From positions 34,877 to 98,876 of IMG/VR virus record IMGVR_UViG_3300037493_005292: a DNA stretch of 64,000 nt, one strand, 5' to 3'. Shown piece by piece: positions 27,112 through 36,789 of the stretch. Position numbers and translations under genes: made by a program. This stretch comes from a virus. How positions within the stretch are numbered: the stretch's first letter is position 1; each line of letters starts with the position of its first letter. Under the pieces are notes generated by a model. The model searched no databases, had not been told where the DNA came from, and worked only from the letters and a program-made list of their open reading frames with translations.

Positions 27112-30100
27112 CTAGATCGCTTTGGAGAGGGCCTCTTCAAGGATGGCTTCTTCTAGCTCGTTACGGATGTCACACTCCATAAAGTCTTCTTCGACTTCGA
27201 TCACCTGCAACGTGTCCATGGTGTCTAAGTACTTCCGGGCTGATATGAGCTCACCGTAGGACGGTCCCATCTCTACGTCCCACTGGAATGGAACGGGTAA
27301 CCAGGGGTACTTCTTGGCGACAGCATCAACACCGTGTTTTTGGATGAAGTCTGGAATCTGGTGCAGGTACTTTTTGGGTATTTGCATCACGAGGGAGTCG
27401 TGCACCGTATTCATCAACTGTCCACCAAAGTCACCCCGGATGGCGTCGTCTACAGACGCCATGACATCCATGACGATGTCGGAGCTCGTGCTCTGGATCT
27501 TGAAGTTGATGCTCTGGCGCTCGGCACGGCTGCGTTGCCAAGAGGTGAGCTTCTTCAGGTCAAAGCGTCTGCGTCGACCGATAAACGTTTCTACCATCCC
27601 GAAGGACCTAAGCTGCTGCTGCGTTATGGCGATGTAGTTGGGGATGGACGGGAACATCTTAAACAGCGTGTCGATAACGATCTGTGCTTGCTCGTCCGGG
27701 ATACCTACTATAGACGCGATCTTTTTCTTCGCGGCACCGTAAAGGATTCCGAACACAACGCGCTTAACGATGGTGCGCAGCTTGTCTAGCATGATGCCAT
27801 AAGCGCGGTCATTGCTTTCCTCGCTTGAGTCACGCACGCAGAAGTCGTTGTAGTTCCAGGCGTGGTTCTCATCGATTCCCACAGTGCTGAGAACTTTGTG
27901 CTTATCCCCGGGAGACACGCCGCTCAGAACGTTTGCGGGGTTATACACGATGGAAGCGAAGAAACTGTGCGGGTCCATGCCTTTGTTCAAGGCGTCGATA
28001 AGGTTCTTATCGTGGCTGTAGGCAGCGTAGATGCGCACTTCCGCGGCTTTTGCGTCGGTGTTCACAATAGCGAATGTCTCCGAGTCAGTCGGTACGAACA
28101 TCCTCTTGATGTTGTGTCCACCGATTTTCTTGGGGATATTCTGCATGTTCTCTTGCGACGAAGAGTTGTGGTTAACAAAGCCATGCGCGACGTAGGAGTG
28201 GTCAACTGCTACTTGGATATCCCATACGCCCATAACTCCTATAGGCGTAACTTTTATTATTCGGCTAACGCCAAACATATTTGTGTTATAACGTGTGGGA
28301 GCTTTTCCTCTACCTCCTTCGTTGTGAAACGAAGTGTTTTGTACCCCAAGCGTACCGCTTCTTTCTGCTTGGATATATCTCTTTTCGTGGTATCGGCTTG
28401 TGCGTGGAAGCTCCCGTCTATTTCTACTAGAAGTTTGTGACCTGGAAACCCAAAGTCTGCGAGGTAGTTTTTGTAGAAGGCTACCTGGCGTGTATGTGGT
28501 ATTTTTGAGTCCGTTAACGCCATAGATAGCAGCATCTCGTGCCTGTTTAAGCTCCAACATATATTGTCTGCAGGGACTTGCCCACGTCCTTTGTACTGAT
28601 TGTAATTCCGGGCCTGTTCTTTTATAAACCAAGTCAGCTCTATGACATGGGAAAATGCTTCGTACAGCTTTTTGTAATAAGCGTGCGGGTCCTGGTAGAA
28701 CTGCGTTACCGTTTTCATTAACCCGGGAGCGTACTGCTCTAAATCGCGCAGCTGTTCCATATCTGTAGCGAGTATTTTGTAGGTCAGCTTTTTTTCGGGC
28801 GTCATACCGTATGCCCGCATATTCTGACGCACGAACCACGCACTGACATTTAGTACTTTGGCAGTCATGGAGTAGGTGTACCCTCTGTCTACACATTCCT
28901 GTAGTCTCTCGCGCGGGATAACGACCCCGGGTTGGGCTTTTATACCGTGAGTATTTCCCTTTAACGCAGCTGAGTAATTGAGGTACTTTCTCTCGCGTAT
29001 CTGTGTGGCATACTTTTCTTTGTATGCCCGAACAGAATTGCTGAGTATTTTGTACGACACTCCCAAATCCAAAAACGCTTGACCGGATAACCTTTCTTCT
29101 AAGTAAAGGCGCACAAACGTCGCCTCTTCTATAACGGTTCCCCCGTACTGTGCGATTAACGGTATCTGCGGTATACGTAATAACTTCGGACCCATATGTG
29201 AGATTCTTGAGGTGCTGGAATCCTTTGTCTGTGTAGAATCTGTGATTTTCTGTGACCTCGATGCTGTTACCGTTTTCGAGTTCGACACGGTACATTTCCT
29301 CCTTTCCTTTGTAGTAAACTGCTTCGATAGCGCGCCATTCTCCAGTATGTGTGCGTATTGATACTTTTGGTACCTTAGATAAGTCTAAGTTTGAGATTTT
29401 GAAGGTACCGTTATCTGTGTCTAGCTGCGTGTTCTCTGAGACACATAACCGCCCACTTGAGGTGCCGTGTTGGTGGAAGTTACTATGCATGCGGCCATCT
29501 TCCGCACTCAGTACGAGGATGTTTTCTACGAACGTGTTGCGCGCCTTCTTGATGGCACGGTGCCGAAGGAGCGCAGCACAGAACGCACAGTTATGCTCAG
29601 TGACCAACCGTCTTAAGAACGAGGCGTTCGTGGATATTTGTCCGGTATCCGTACGCGGCGGTTCGACGCGACCATTGTAACAGACGCACTCTTTTGTTTC
29701 GGGGTGCACGTACCCGCGGCTGTATAGAATGGCGGCAATCTGCTGGGAACTCTCAGGGTTCAAGGCGTCCTTAGTCCCTGAAATCAGCATTGAATTGAGC
29801 TCAATGTGGGACAGGATTAAGGAGGAGTCCATCTTGGTTGCGAGCTCGAGCGCATACTCCCTATCAACGGGCATGCCGTGCAGTTCCATCCGCGCCAGGA
29901 CACGCATGGTTGGGATGGTGCGCGTCTTCATGATGTTTTCAAGCGGCGTCTGGGTATCGCAGTGCGGGATGGCGCCGGCTTTGACCAGCGGTTGAGGGCT
30001 TTTGCGGGCTTCGATGCGTGCTTCGTAGAGTTTGACGTCCTCGCGACGCATGCGTTTCATTTGCATAGGTCGGATACGCCACGTTGCTTCGCCGTCAATC

Positions 30101-31410
30101 GCGCCGTAAGAGTTGAGAAGGTCCAGCCCGATGTTGATAAAACCGTCGTCCTCGATCAAGAGTTTTGCGATGCCCTTGATCTTAGGCGCACCACTGTCTT
30201 CAGCCTCTGCAGCTTTGATTTCTTTTGTTTTCTTATCTTTATTGAGGATACGGTGTAGCTCGTCTTCGTAGTTGGCGAACTCAGGCACATCCAGCTTTAC
30301 GATTTCTTTTAAGCCGTAAAACCCCTTCTTATCTTCCGCTAGAAGGTGCTCCCCGAGCATGGTATCCCAGTAGATGTTGTTGACCTCAAATCCTTTACGC
30401 CAAAGTACCTTAAGATCGAACTTAGCGTTCTGGAAGATCTTGGGTTTTGGGCACATAAAGAGTTTGTTCAACATCGGACGGACATCTTCGAGAGACCAGG
30501 TACTTTCAGGATGCTCCACTGGAATGGAGGTAGCTTTTCCGTAGCCCCACGAGACGATGACCGTAAGGAGCTTGAGCTTTTCGCGGTGTGGATACTTGGT
30601 ATTGGTTTCTGTATCGATAGAGATGGAATGTTTTTCGGGTGAAGTATTCTGCGGAATATGGAAACCGATGATATGGTCGATAGTATCCGACACTTCTTGG
30701 AGTGTTTTCGGAAAGATGTAGTTGCGCGTGATTTCAGCGGTAGTTTTTGTGCACTGGAGGGTTTTGCCTTCAACGTTATTCTGTACTGCTTTTAGAAATA
30801 GTTCGACTTGCTGCGCGGCAACTTCAGAGAATCCCGCTTTGGCGTCGATTTGCCGCTTGGAAAGTCCCCCGTAAACTACGACCTTGCGACCGCTGAGCTC
30901 GATTTCGGTGTAGTTTCCCTGGTAGTCGCCATATTTCTTTGCGGAAATACCGAGGGCTTTGAGCACTGTAATGCCCATGGCGAATACCATGATGGGACGG
31001 TCTTTCACCGCACGTTCGAGGATACGGGCGCGAAGAAAGTGCTGGCAGGCTTTGAGGTGCTTAGCAGAGGGTTTATCGATTGTGCACCGGACAGCATACG
31101 TAAAGTCCCCGGCGAAGGTGCGCATGCCTCCATTCTTTTCCTGTATCGTTTTGAAGGTGTGGTAGATAACCCGCTCAGCGTCCGTGTCCCAGCAGGAGTG
31201 GCCGTTGATAGTGCGAGAGACCGGGCTCAGGGTGGGAGACTCAGCGACACAGAAGTAGTCGCAGTTCCGTAGAGGACCAATGCCTTCAGCGTAATGGTCT
31301 TCTTTGTAGCTCGGGCAACTGGTGCAGGTCTCGTCGGGCCACGCCCCGGATTTGTTACAGAGGTCGCAGTCTCTGCCAATGATCGTTTCCGTACGTTGGT
31401 TTTTAATCAT
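27112..31410 (-). CDS. polA: Family A DNA polymerase with N-terminal uracil-DNA-glycosylase-like domain, 3'-5' exonuclease and an intein
   Basis: Exonuclease 'SIDTET' and 'FQNAKFDL'; 'TSSGRL|SS'; motif A 'DAKAAEVR'; motif B 'KRVVFGILYG'; motif C 'VHDS'. Likely start is ATG 31410, overlapping the primase stop. Confidence 0.9.
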   Translation of the reverse strand: MIKNQRTETIIGRDCDLCNKSGAWPDETCTSCPSYKEDHYAEGIGPLRNCDYFCVAESPTLSPVSRTINGHSCWDTDAERVIYHTFKTIQEKNGGMRTFAGDFTYAVRCTIDKPSAKHLKACQHFLRARILERAVKDRPIMVFAMGITVLKALGISAKKYGDYQGNYTEIELSGRKVVVYGGLSKRQIDAKAGFSEVAAQQVELFLKAVQNNVEGKTLQCTKTTAEITRNYIFPKTLQEVSDTIDHIIGFHIPQNTSPEKHSISIDTETNTKYPHREKLKLLTVIVSWGYGKATSIPVEHPESTWSLEDVRPMLNKLFMCPKPKIFQNAKFDLKVLWRKGFEVNNIYWDTMLGEHLLAEDKKGFYGLKEIVKLDVPEFANYEDELHRILNKDKKTKEIKAAEAEDSGAPKIKGIAKLLIEDDGFINIGLDLLNSYGAIDGEATWRIRPMQMKRMRREDVKLYEARIEARKSPQPLVKAGAIPHCDTQTPLENIMKTRTIPTMRVLARMELHGMPVDREYALELATKMDSSLILSHIELNSMLISGTKDALNPESSQQIAAILYSRGYVHPETKECVCYNGRVEPPRTDTGQISTNASFLRRLVTEHNCAFCAALLRHRAIKKARNTFVENILVLSAEDGRMHSNFHQHGTSSGRLCVSENTQLDTDNGTFKISNLDLSKVPKVSIRTHTGEWRAIEAVYYKGKEEMYRVELENGNSIEVTENHRFYTDKGFQHLKNLTYGSEVITYTADTVNRTVRGNRYRRGDVCAPLLRRKVIRSSVFGFGSVVQNTQQFCSGIQRKVCHTDTREKVPQLLSCVKGKYSRYKSPTRGRYPARETTGMCRQRVHLLHDCQSTKCQCVVRASEYAGIRYDARKKADLQNTRYRYGTAARFRAVRSRVNENGNAVLPGPARLLQKAVRSIFPCHRADLVYKRTGPELQSVQRTWASPCRQYMLELKQARDAAIYGVNGLKNTTYTPGSLLQKLPRRLWVSRSQTSSRNRRELPRTSRYHEKRYIQAERSGTLGVQNTSFHNEGGRGKAPTRYNTNMFGVSRIIKVTPIGVMGVWDIQVAVDHSYVAHGFVNHNSSSQENMQNIPKKIGGHNIKRMFVPTDSETFAIVNTDAKAAEVRIYAAYSHDKNLIDALNKGMDPHSFFASIVYNPANVLSGVSPGDKHKVLSTVGIDENHAWNYNDFCVRDSSEESNDRAYGIMLDKLRTIVKRVVFGILYGAAKKKIASIVGIPDEQAQIVIDTLFKMFPSIPNYIAITQQQLRSFGMVETFIGRRRRFDLKKLTSWQRSRAERQSINFKIQSTSSDIVMDVMASVDDAIRGDFGGQLMNTVHDSLVMQIPKKYLHQIPDFIQKHGVDAVAKKYPWLPVPFQWDVEMGPSYGELISARKYLDTMDTLQVIEVEEDFMECDIRNELEEAILEEALSKAI
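28165..29445 (-). mobile_element. Intein in DNA polymerase (427 aa)
   Basis: Starts 'CVSENT' after GRL, has block B 'IEVTENHRF', and ends 'VWDIQV..HSYVAHGFVNHN' followed by Ser. Excision restores the GRLSS motif. Confidence 0.92.
28257..29288 (-). CDS. Nested +1-frame endonuclease (HTH-like N-terminal part plus DUF559/Vsr-like domain) overprinted inside the polymerase intein
   Basis: 343-aa ORF containing 'QVAFYKNYLADFGFPGHKLLVEIDGSFH..RD..LGYKTLRFTTKEV'. SD AAGGAGG at 29304-29298 lies 9 nt before GTG 29288. Confidence 0.82.
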   Translation of the reverse strand: MSNSKTVTASRSQKITDSTQTKDSSTSRISHMGPKLLRIPQIPLIAQYGGTVIEEATFVRLYLEERLSGQAFLDLGVSYKILSNSVRAYKEKYATQIRERKYLNYSAALKGNTHGIKAQPGVVIPRERLQECVDRGYTYSMTAKVLNVSAWFVRQNMRAYGMTPEKKLTYKILATDMEQLRDLEQYAPGLMKTVTQFYQDPHAYYKKLYEAFSHVIELTWFIKEQARNYNQYKGRGQVPADNICWSLNRHEMLLSMALTDSKIPHTRQVAFYKNYLADFGFPGHKLLVEIDGSFHAQADTTKRDISKQKEAVRLGYKTLRFTTKEVEEKLPHVITQICLALAE

Positions 31411-34400
31411 CGTCGCTTGTCGCCTCCAGGTCACGTTCAGCGTCAGTGAGTTCGCGCTCATCCATTGGAGTTGAGGGGCGTGCCGCAGGAACGTCAGATG
31501 ACGTTATCCAGTCTCGTGCGCGTATTCCGCAGACGTCCTGTGGATCAATGCCTGTTCCAAGGTAATTTTTCATTCGGTCTAGTATCCCCAGTTTTACCAA
31601 GTCATCGGGTGGTATCGCGTCATGGTGACGGTCTAAGATGGATTTAAGCACAGGGCTGTTTAGATGACGGGCAGCTCGGTAATGCTGAGGGATGAGTGTA
31701 CTAATCGCGGGTTCAAGGTGAACCACCATGATCTCTGTTACGTCGTCGTAGTAGATTCCGTTAGGATAGGAGTTGATGGTTAGGCGTTGTCCAGGGTTAG
31801 CTAGCAGCATCGCTACAGAGTACTTGCGCTGGTTTGAACGGTCTTCGCAGACTGGATTCGTGAGCATTGCGTTAAGGTACATGCTCGACTCGGATATGCG
31901 CGCACCGCGTTCGATCATATCCTGGTTGGCCGTTACGAAATCCAGAAAAATCTTTTTCCAATCCATTCCAAGAAATTCTGCAACCGCAAACATCCCCACG
32001 AAAGAGGAGATGTACCTGGGCTCGAGTCGTGACTTAAGCGGGATGGTCGCTGCGTAAGTCGAGAGCTCGAGTCTGACGGTATCGTACAGCGCGTGGATTT
32101 CGTGGGCGTGTGCGTACATCGCAGTATTGAGGCGGTACGCCATGTCATAGATTTTTTCTGGAGTAAAACCGGCGCGCTTGAGACAGATGAAGGAGGACTC
32201 TCTTCCTATTTGCTTGAGTGTTTCGATTACGAGGAGGCGGTTATAGTCCTGCGGTTTTTCAGTGGTGTTAATGGCCGCGAAGATGACGTTCATTTTCAAG
32301 CGCTTGGACACTGAGCGTCCGGACATACCCATGCGTTTGCGCTCTGTCGCACCGCTCACGGTTCCGCGGACGGATTCCATGATGTTCTGGGCGCGCTTAC
32401 CGCGGGCGCTATCTTCACCTGTTTCGAATTCATCGAAAATCATGGCGCGCGTGTCGTAGTTACACTCATCGGCCATGCTCGCTTCCGTCGCGTTATCTGA
32501 ACCGTGGGAACTCCACAGCAGTAGTAGCTCACGGTAGAACGCGTAGAAAGTGGAGAGAAGCGAAGATTTTCCTGAGTTAGATTCACCAGTGAAGAACGCC
32601 AAGAGGGTACGTTCAAACGCGTCGGAAATCGGAAACGACATGATCATAAGGGGCAGGAGTGGGATTGTTTCGGCGTGATTCTTAAGGACGAATCCCACAT
32701 CGTAAAAACGGAATAAGTCTTTTTGCAGTTGCTGTACATCGACGGTCTTACCAAAGTTGAGGTCTTCGACTGTTAAGCGCTTCTTCGGACCAAACCAACC
32801 TTCTGGGACGGTTCCACTGTACCCAACGTCGAAGATGATATCTTCGTCTCGTGGTACCGACAGTAACTCGTAATCTGTTCCAGAATTTGTACGGATAATC
32901 TTTAAAACATCTGGGCCGCAAACGATGTACTCTTTTCCTTCACCGAACCAGTGGTATCCCTGACGTGGCAGGTTATCCACGTTAAGGGTTGGGATACCCC
33001 GAGCCATGTTGGTAACGGCTTCACGGAAGTAGAAGCGTAGCTTGCGGTCGATGTTGGCTAGCTTATCCCCGCCCTTTTCGGCTGTTATAAAGGAGGGGAT
33101 ACCCAAGTGTTTTAAAGCGAACGCGTGTAACGTACCTTCCACCTGCGCAAGCTGTTGCGCGACGCTCGAAGCGTCATCCAAACAGATTGTGTGGTACTCC
33201 CGGCGTTGAACGTTGTAGGTGACAAGGAGCTTTGCAGAGCCTCCTTCGATATTGCGAATGCCGACGATTTGAAGGATGCTCCTGATGGATTCTTCACAGC
33301 GTAGGATATAGCCGTGTTCGTCGTCTACTTGTGACGCCAGGTCGCGTATTAGAACTTCTGCGTTAATCCGTCCTGTGTACTTATTGGATAGTTCTTCTGC
33401 GTAGTATTCGTGGTCTTGCCGGTTTTGTAAGCAGGCGCCCTGTGCTTTAGCGATCTCAGATAGCTTTCGGTGGTCCTGTGCGTCCACCTGGTCCATCTCG
33501 ATAACGGCGCGGTCGAACACCCAGCGCCAGGGCATCGCCGTATTGGCGGGATTGCCCAGGGTCTTCATGAGTACGTCGTATCCGAGACTGGGTGTGTTAA
33601 CTACCTCGTCAAAGTCCTTGGCGGGATGTAGGTCTTTCCATCCGTCGAATATGTACGTGTTCAGTTCTTTGATGTCACTGAGCCAGACGCGAACAATCTT
33701 GTCTCCAGCCTCGTTTGGGGAATCACCGATAAGGAATGCTTCAGAGATTCCCGAAGACTTTAGAATGTCCTCTAGCTGACTGCCGCCACCGCCTCCTCCT
33801 ACGCTGATGATGGGGTACTCGCACGCGCCACGCAGCACATACTGCGACATGGTAGTGAGAGCGTCCATCTCACCTTCTACAAGGTATGCGCGTGACACGT
33901 CCCCCTGGGGATTATGCAGAAGGGGTCCATAGAGCTCCCAGCCTAATCCGAATATGCCGTGGTGCTCTACGTAGTCGTCGTCTACCATCAGCCAGTTATG
34001 ACCTGACTGCGGGACGCGAATCTTTACGCGTCCAATTTCTGTGGGGGATATGTGCAGAGGAAATACGAGTGCGCCGGCATACTTCGCGCCGCTACGGTAT
34101 GCGGGTTCTATGTAGGTGACAGCGGCTTCGGCAATGTTGTCAGGTTTTTGTAGCGTGGTGGGGTTGTTCATCCACGCTTTTGTTAACTGAGTGTGCTCGG
34201 CCTCCAACGCGACGGAGATTTCGGCAAGAGGAGGGAGAATACCAACAGGGAGAGAGGGGAGTGTGTCAATGTGAATACGGCGTGTTTGGAGCAACCATTC
34301 GAGGGATTCTTTAGCTCCCGCGTACTTTGCGTTAGTTGGGTCGCTAGCTGCTCGGCACATGTAGTCATGCGTTACCCTACACACCGCCGTTTTAGCGAGG

Positions 34401-34783
34401 GTGTTTAGACGCATTGCTTCGAACTCGGCGGTAGTCTTCTTAGGAAGACCTTTAATGTTATAGTCTTCTATTATCGCCTTATAAGCAGCGTCGCGAGACT
34501 GATTCGTGATTATCGCATAGAGCTCAATTGGGTTAGAGGTGTGCTTTTTACACCCAAAGCATTTGGCATAATGCTTGTGAGTATAGATGTTAAAAGAGGG
34601 GTTAGTGTCTGGGTGGTCCGGGTGGACACATAGCCCTAGGAGCGTCCCCTCCGATCTGGTTATAAAGCGACCAGCAGGTTGGTGTGCTTTTACAAGCTGC
34701 TCCCAACCTTGGTGTCCAATCGCTTCCCAAATTTTGCTAAGCTGTGCTCCCGTCAGACCCGCTGTTTTCTTGATGTCTGTCAT
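31403..34783 (-). CDS. DNA primase (CHC2 Zn finger + TOPRIM) fused to a C-terminal P-loop helicase-like domain
   Basis: 'CVHPDHPDTNPSF..CFGC', TOPRIM 'VEGEMDA', P-loop 'GESNSGKS', 'IFDEFE'. Confidence 0.8.
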   Translation of the reverse strand: MTDIKKTAGLTGAQLSKIWEAIGHQGWEQLVKAHQPAGRFITRSEGTLLGLCVHPDHPDTNPSFNIYTHKHYAKCFGCKKHTSNPIELYAIITNQSRDAAYKAIIEDYNIKGLPKKTTAEFEAMRLNTLAKTAVCRVTHDYMCRAASDPTNAKYAGAKESLEWLLQTRRIHIDTLPSLPVGILPPLAEISVALEAEHTQLTKAWMNNPTTLQKPDNIAEAAVTYIEPAYRSGAKYAGALVFPLHISPTEIGRVKIRVPQSGHNWLMVDDDYVEHHGIFGLGWELYGPLLHNPQGDVSRAYLVEGEMDALTTMSQYVLRGACEYPIISVGGGGGGSQLEDILKSSGISEAFLIGDSPNEAGDKIVRVWLSDIKELNTYIFDGWKDLHPAKDFDEVVNTPSLGYDVLMKTLGNPANTAMPWRWVFDRAVIEMDQVDAQDHRKLSEIAKAQGACLQNRQDHEYYAEELSNKYTGRINAEVLIRDLASQVDDEHGYILRCEESIRSILQIVGIRNIEGGSAKLLVTYNVQRREYHTICLDDASSVAQQLAQVEGTLHAFALKHLGIPSFITAEKGGDKLANIDRKLRFYFREAVTNMARGIPTLNVDNLPRQGYHWFGEGKEYIVCGPDVLKIIRTNSGTDYELLSVPRDEDIIFDVGYSGTVPEGWFGPKKRLTVEDLNFGKTVDVQQLQKDLFRFYDVGFVLKNHAETIPLLPLMIMSFPISDAFERTLLAFFTGESNSGKSSLLSTFYAFYRELLLLWSSHGSDNATEASMADECNYDTRAMIFDEFETGEDSARGKRAQNIMESVRGTVSGATERKRMGMSGRSVSKRLKMNVIFAAINTTEKPQDYNRLLVIETLKQIGRESSFICLKRAGFTPEKIYDMAYRLNTAMYAHAHEIHALYDTVRLELSTYAATIPLKSRLEPRYISSFVGMFAVAEFLGMDWKKIFLDFVTANQDMIERGARISESSMYLNAMLTNPVCEDRSNQRKYSVAMLLANPGQRLTINSYPNGIYYDDVTEIMVVHLEPAISTLIPQHYRAARHLNSPVLKSILDRHHDAIPPDDLVKLGILDRMKNYLGTGIDPQDVCGIRARDWITSSDVPAARPSTPMDERELTDAERDLEATSDDD

Positions 34784-35576
34784 GGTTACCCAGAACGTAT
34801 GCCGGACACTCTGCGCGGTTGTCACACCAGTTACACAGTGGTCCGGTTTTTGTTTTGTCGAAATCTGCCGTGTTGACCGTAGCTTGATTCAGGCGCGTCA
34901 TCACGTTGTTGTAGAGTTTATCGAGATCGTCAACAGCCACTCTCTTTTCGGCCAATTCAATCGCGCCTTCCTGCACCCAGTGGATACCCGGTATCACGTG
35001 TGTGACTTCGGGATAATTCACTTTGATGAGGTAGTAATACGCTTCGAACTGATGTGCGTAATACTCCAGGCTTCTCCTAGAACCGGTCTTGTGGTCAATT
35101 ACCACGAAAAAAGGAGAGTGTGCTATACACAACCCTACGTCGAGAACTCCGCGAAGCATGCCGCTGTTATCAAAAAACTTGAGGGCCTTGTCATCATAGC
35201 TAGCGGCGAGTTTTTTCTCTACTAGCAAGTTACCGCGTACACCGTGTTTTGTGCAGTACGCGCTAAAGCGACGCAGAAAACTCTCCACTGATGGCACCAT
35301 GTCCAACACGCGGGTCCGTTCAGGAGTGCACAATTTGTGCAGCTCCATGGAATTTCTTGTTGCGATCTCTACCGACATACCGTTGAGCGCAACTTCAATG
35401 ATACTGTGAACGGCTTTACCAACCAGTGCGTCAGCGTTATACGATTCCACTTTGCGTTTTAACACATAGGAAAAATGAAACTTTTTAGGACATTGCGCAG
35501 CTGTGTCCGCTTTAGACGTAGACCAAGGAGCATGCGCAGATACGAATGCAGAAGGTGTAACCCGATTCAACGACAT
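34737..35576 (-). CDS. PD-(D/E)xK nuclease, Cas4/RecB-like
   Basis: N-terminal 'CPKKF', 'GKAVH', 'GVLD..IDHKTG', C-terminal 'CNWC..C' (split Fe-S ligands). Confidence 0.8.
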   Translation of the reverse strand: MSLNRVTPSAFVSAHAPWSTSKADTAAQCPKKFHFSYVLKRKVESYNADALVGKAVHSIIEVALNGMSVEIATRNSMELHKLCTPERTRVLDMVPSVESFLRRFSAYCTKHGVRGNLLVEKKLAASYDDKALKFFDNSGMLRGVLDVGLCIAHSPFFVVIDHKTGSRRSLEYYAHQFEAYYYLIKVNYPEVTHVIPGIHWVQEGAIELAEKRVAVDDLDKLYNNVMTRLNQATVNTADFDKTKTGPLCNWCDNRAECPAYVLGNHDRHQENSGSDGSTA

Positions 35577-35592
35577 GGGGAATTCTCCTACG

Positions 35593-35662
35593 AAAAAAAG
35601 AGACTGGAAAACTGCTACAGTGACCGTGGGGGGAACAAGTCACTGCAGCAGTTTCCAGTCTC
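35593..35662 (-). terminator. Long hairpin followed by a U-tract (intrinsic terminator or processing stem)
   Basis: Arms 35600-35624 and 35639-35662 are complementary apart from one bulge and one G-U pair. A T7 run follows on the - strand. Confidence 0.7.
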
Positions 35663-35677
35663 AGGAACAAACGCCGA

Positions 35678-36673
35678 CTACATCTTACCGGTTTCGCTCG
35701 CCAGGTCTTCCGACCCTTCACCAACGGCGTCAGGGTCCGCAGGTGGAACGATGTTCATGCCGCCGCCTTCCTTTACGATTGCAGCGTCATCGACCGCGCC
35801 CTGAGCTTCGCGGTAAACGGTCGCTGTGGTCGCCAGGACGTAGTCCCGCTCTGCAGCCGCAGACATCGCGTCGCAGAAGGGATAGATGGCAACGGGTACG
35901 CGCTCCTCGTTGATCGGAGCCACGGTCATGACAAACCAGCGCATGGACTTGTCGGTCGCGCTTTTGCGCTCTTCGGTGCCAATCTTGTACCACCTCATCC
36001 AGGGCACGCTTGTGCGCTGAGCGAAGTTGATTAGCTGCCGGCCAGCGGAGTTACTGGTCTTCTGGAAGCGAACGAGAACGATGTCGTTGAGGTTGCGGCG
36101 AAGCATGAACGCGTTGACTTCGTCGCGGCATGACTGGTTGACAGGCATGCTCTTGTCGCGCCAGGGGCGGTAGTAACAATCGGCGCATTTGCCGTGTGCG
36201 TTCCCGTACTTGCGATCGTTAGAACGGCAGAGGACCTGGAAGCCGTTCTCACTGTTGTTGTCGGTGGTGAGTGTGCGGCTCTCCCAAACGACGAGCGGAG
36301 TGCCTTCGAAAAATTTCCCTACGAATTCATTGCTGGTAAGGAAGAAATTGCCGGGAGCCATGTCTTCGGGACGGTTCGGGTTCGCGCCTACGCCGTGGTA
36401 CAGCTTGAGCTCGGTGTATACGGGGTTGGTGCTGTCGGTCAGGACACCCCTCTTGTTGGGGTTGAGCTGCGCGAGGATCTTCAGCAGATTCTCTTGGTAC
36501 TCTTCGGGGAAGCTGAAGATCGCATCTTCGATCTCTTCCCGGGTTTTGATGTCTTGCTCGACACGCAGGAGCCGTTGGCCGTACTCACGCAGAAAAAGGT
36601 CGTTACCTTCAAAGCGTGCGAGAGCGTTACCGGTATCCACCGTGGCGAGCGCATCCATTTTTGTCTCAGTCAT
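35678..36673 (-). CDS. Hypothetical protein, candidate ssDNA-binding/annealing protein
   Basis: Sits in the replication cluster, has an acidic flexible C-tail and a Cys cluster, and is followed by a terminator. Start is 36673 or 36697. Confidence 0.5.
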   Translation of the reverse strand: MTETKMDALATVDTGNALARFEGNDLFLREYGQRLLRVEQDIKTREEIEDAIFSFPEEYQENLLKILAQLNPNKRGVLTDSTNPVYTELKLYHGVGANPNRPEDMAPGNFFLTSNEFVGKFFEGTPLVVWESRTLTTDNNSENGFQVLCRSNDRKYGNAHGKCADCYYRPWRDKSMPVNQSCRDEVNAFMLRRNLNDIVLVRFQKTSNSAGRQLINFAQRTSVPWMRWYKIGTEERKSATDKSMRWFVMTVAPINEERVPVAIYPFCDAMSAAAERDYVLATTATVYREAQGAVDDAAIVKEGGGMNIVPPADPDAVGEGSEDLASETGKM

Positions 36674-36736
36674 GTGTTCTCCGTGTTCCTTTGTCACTGT
36701 TGGTTTGTTTGAGGCCCTAGTACTAGCATCATCCGC

Positions 36737-36765
36737 TTGCCCTGTCTAGGATGTTAAGGTAGAAC
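36737..36765 (+). promoter_or_regulatory. Sigma-70-like promoter for the second sigma factor
   Basis: TTGCCC, 17-nt spacer, TAGAAC, then GGAGG SD before ATG 36790. Confidence 0.4.
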
Positions 36766-36789
36766 TACATTAACGTACAGGAGGGTGAC

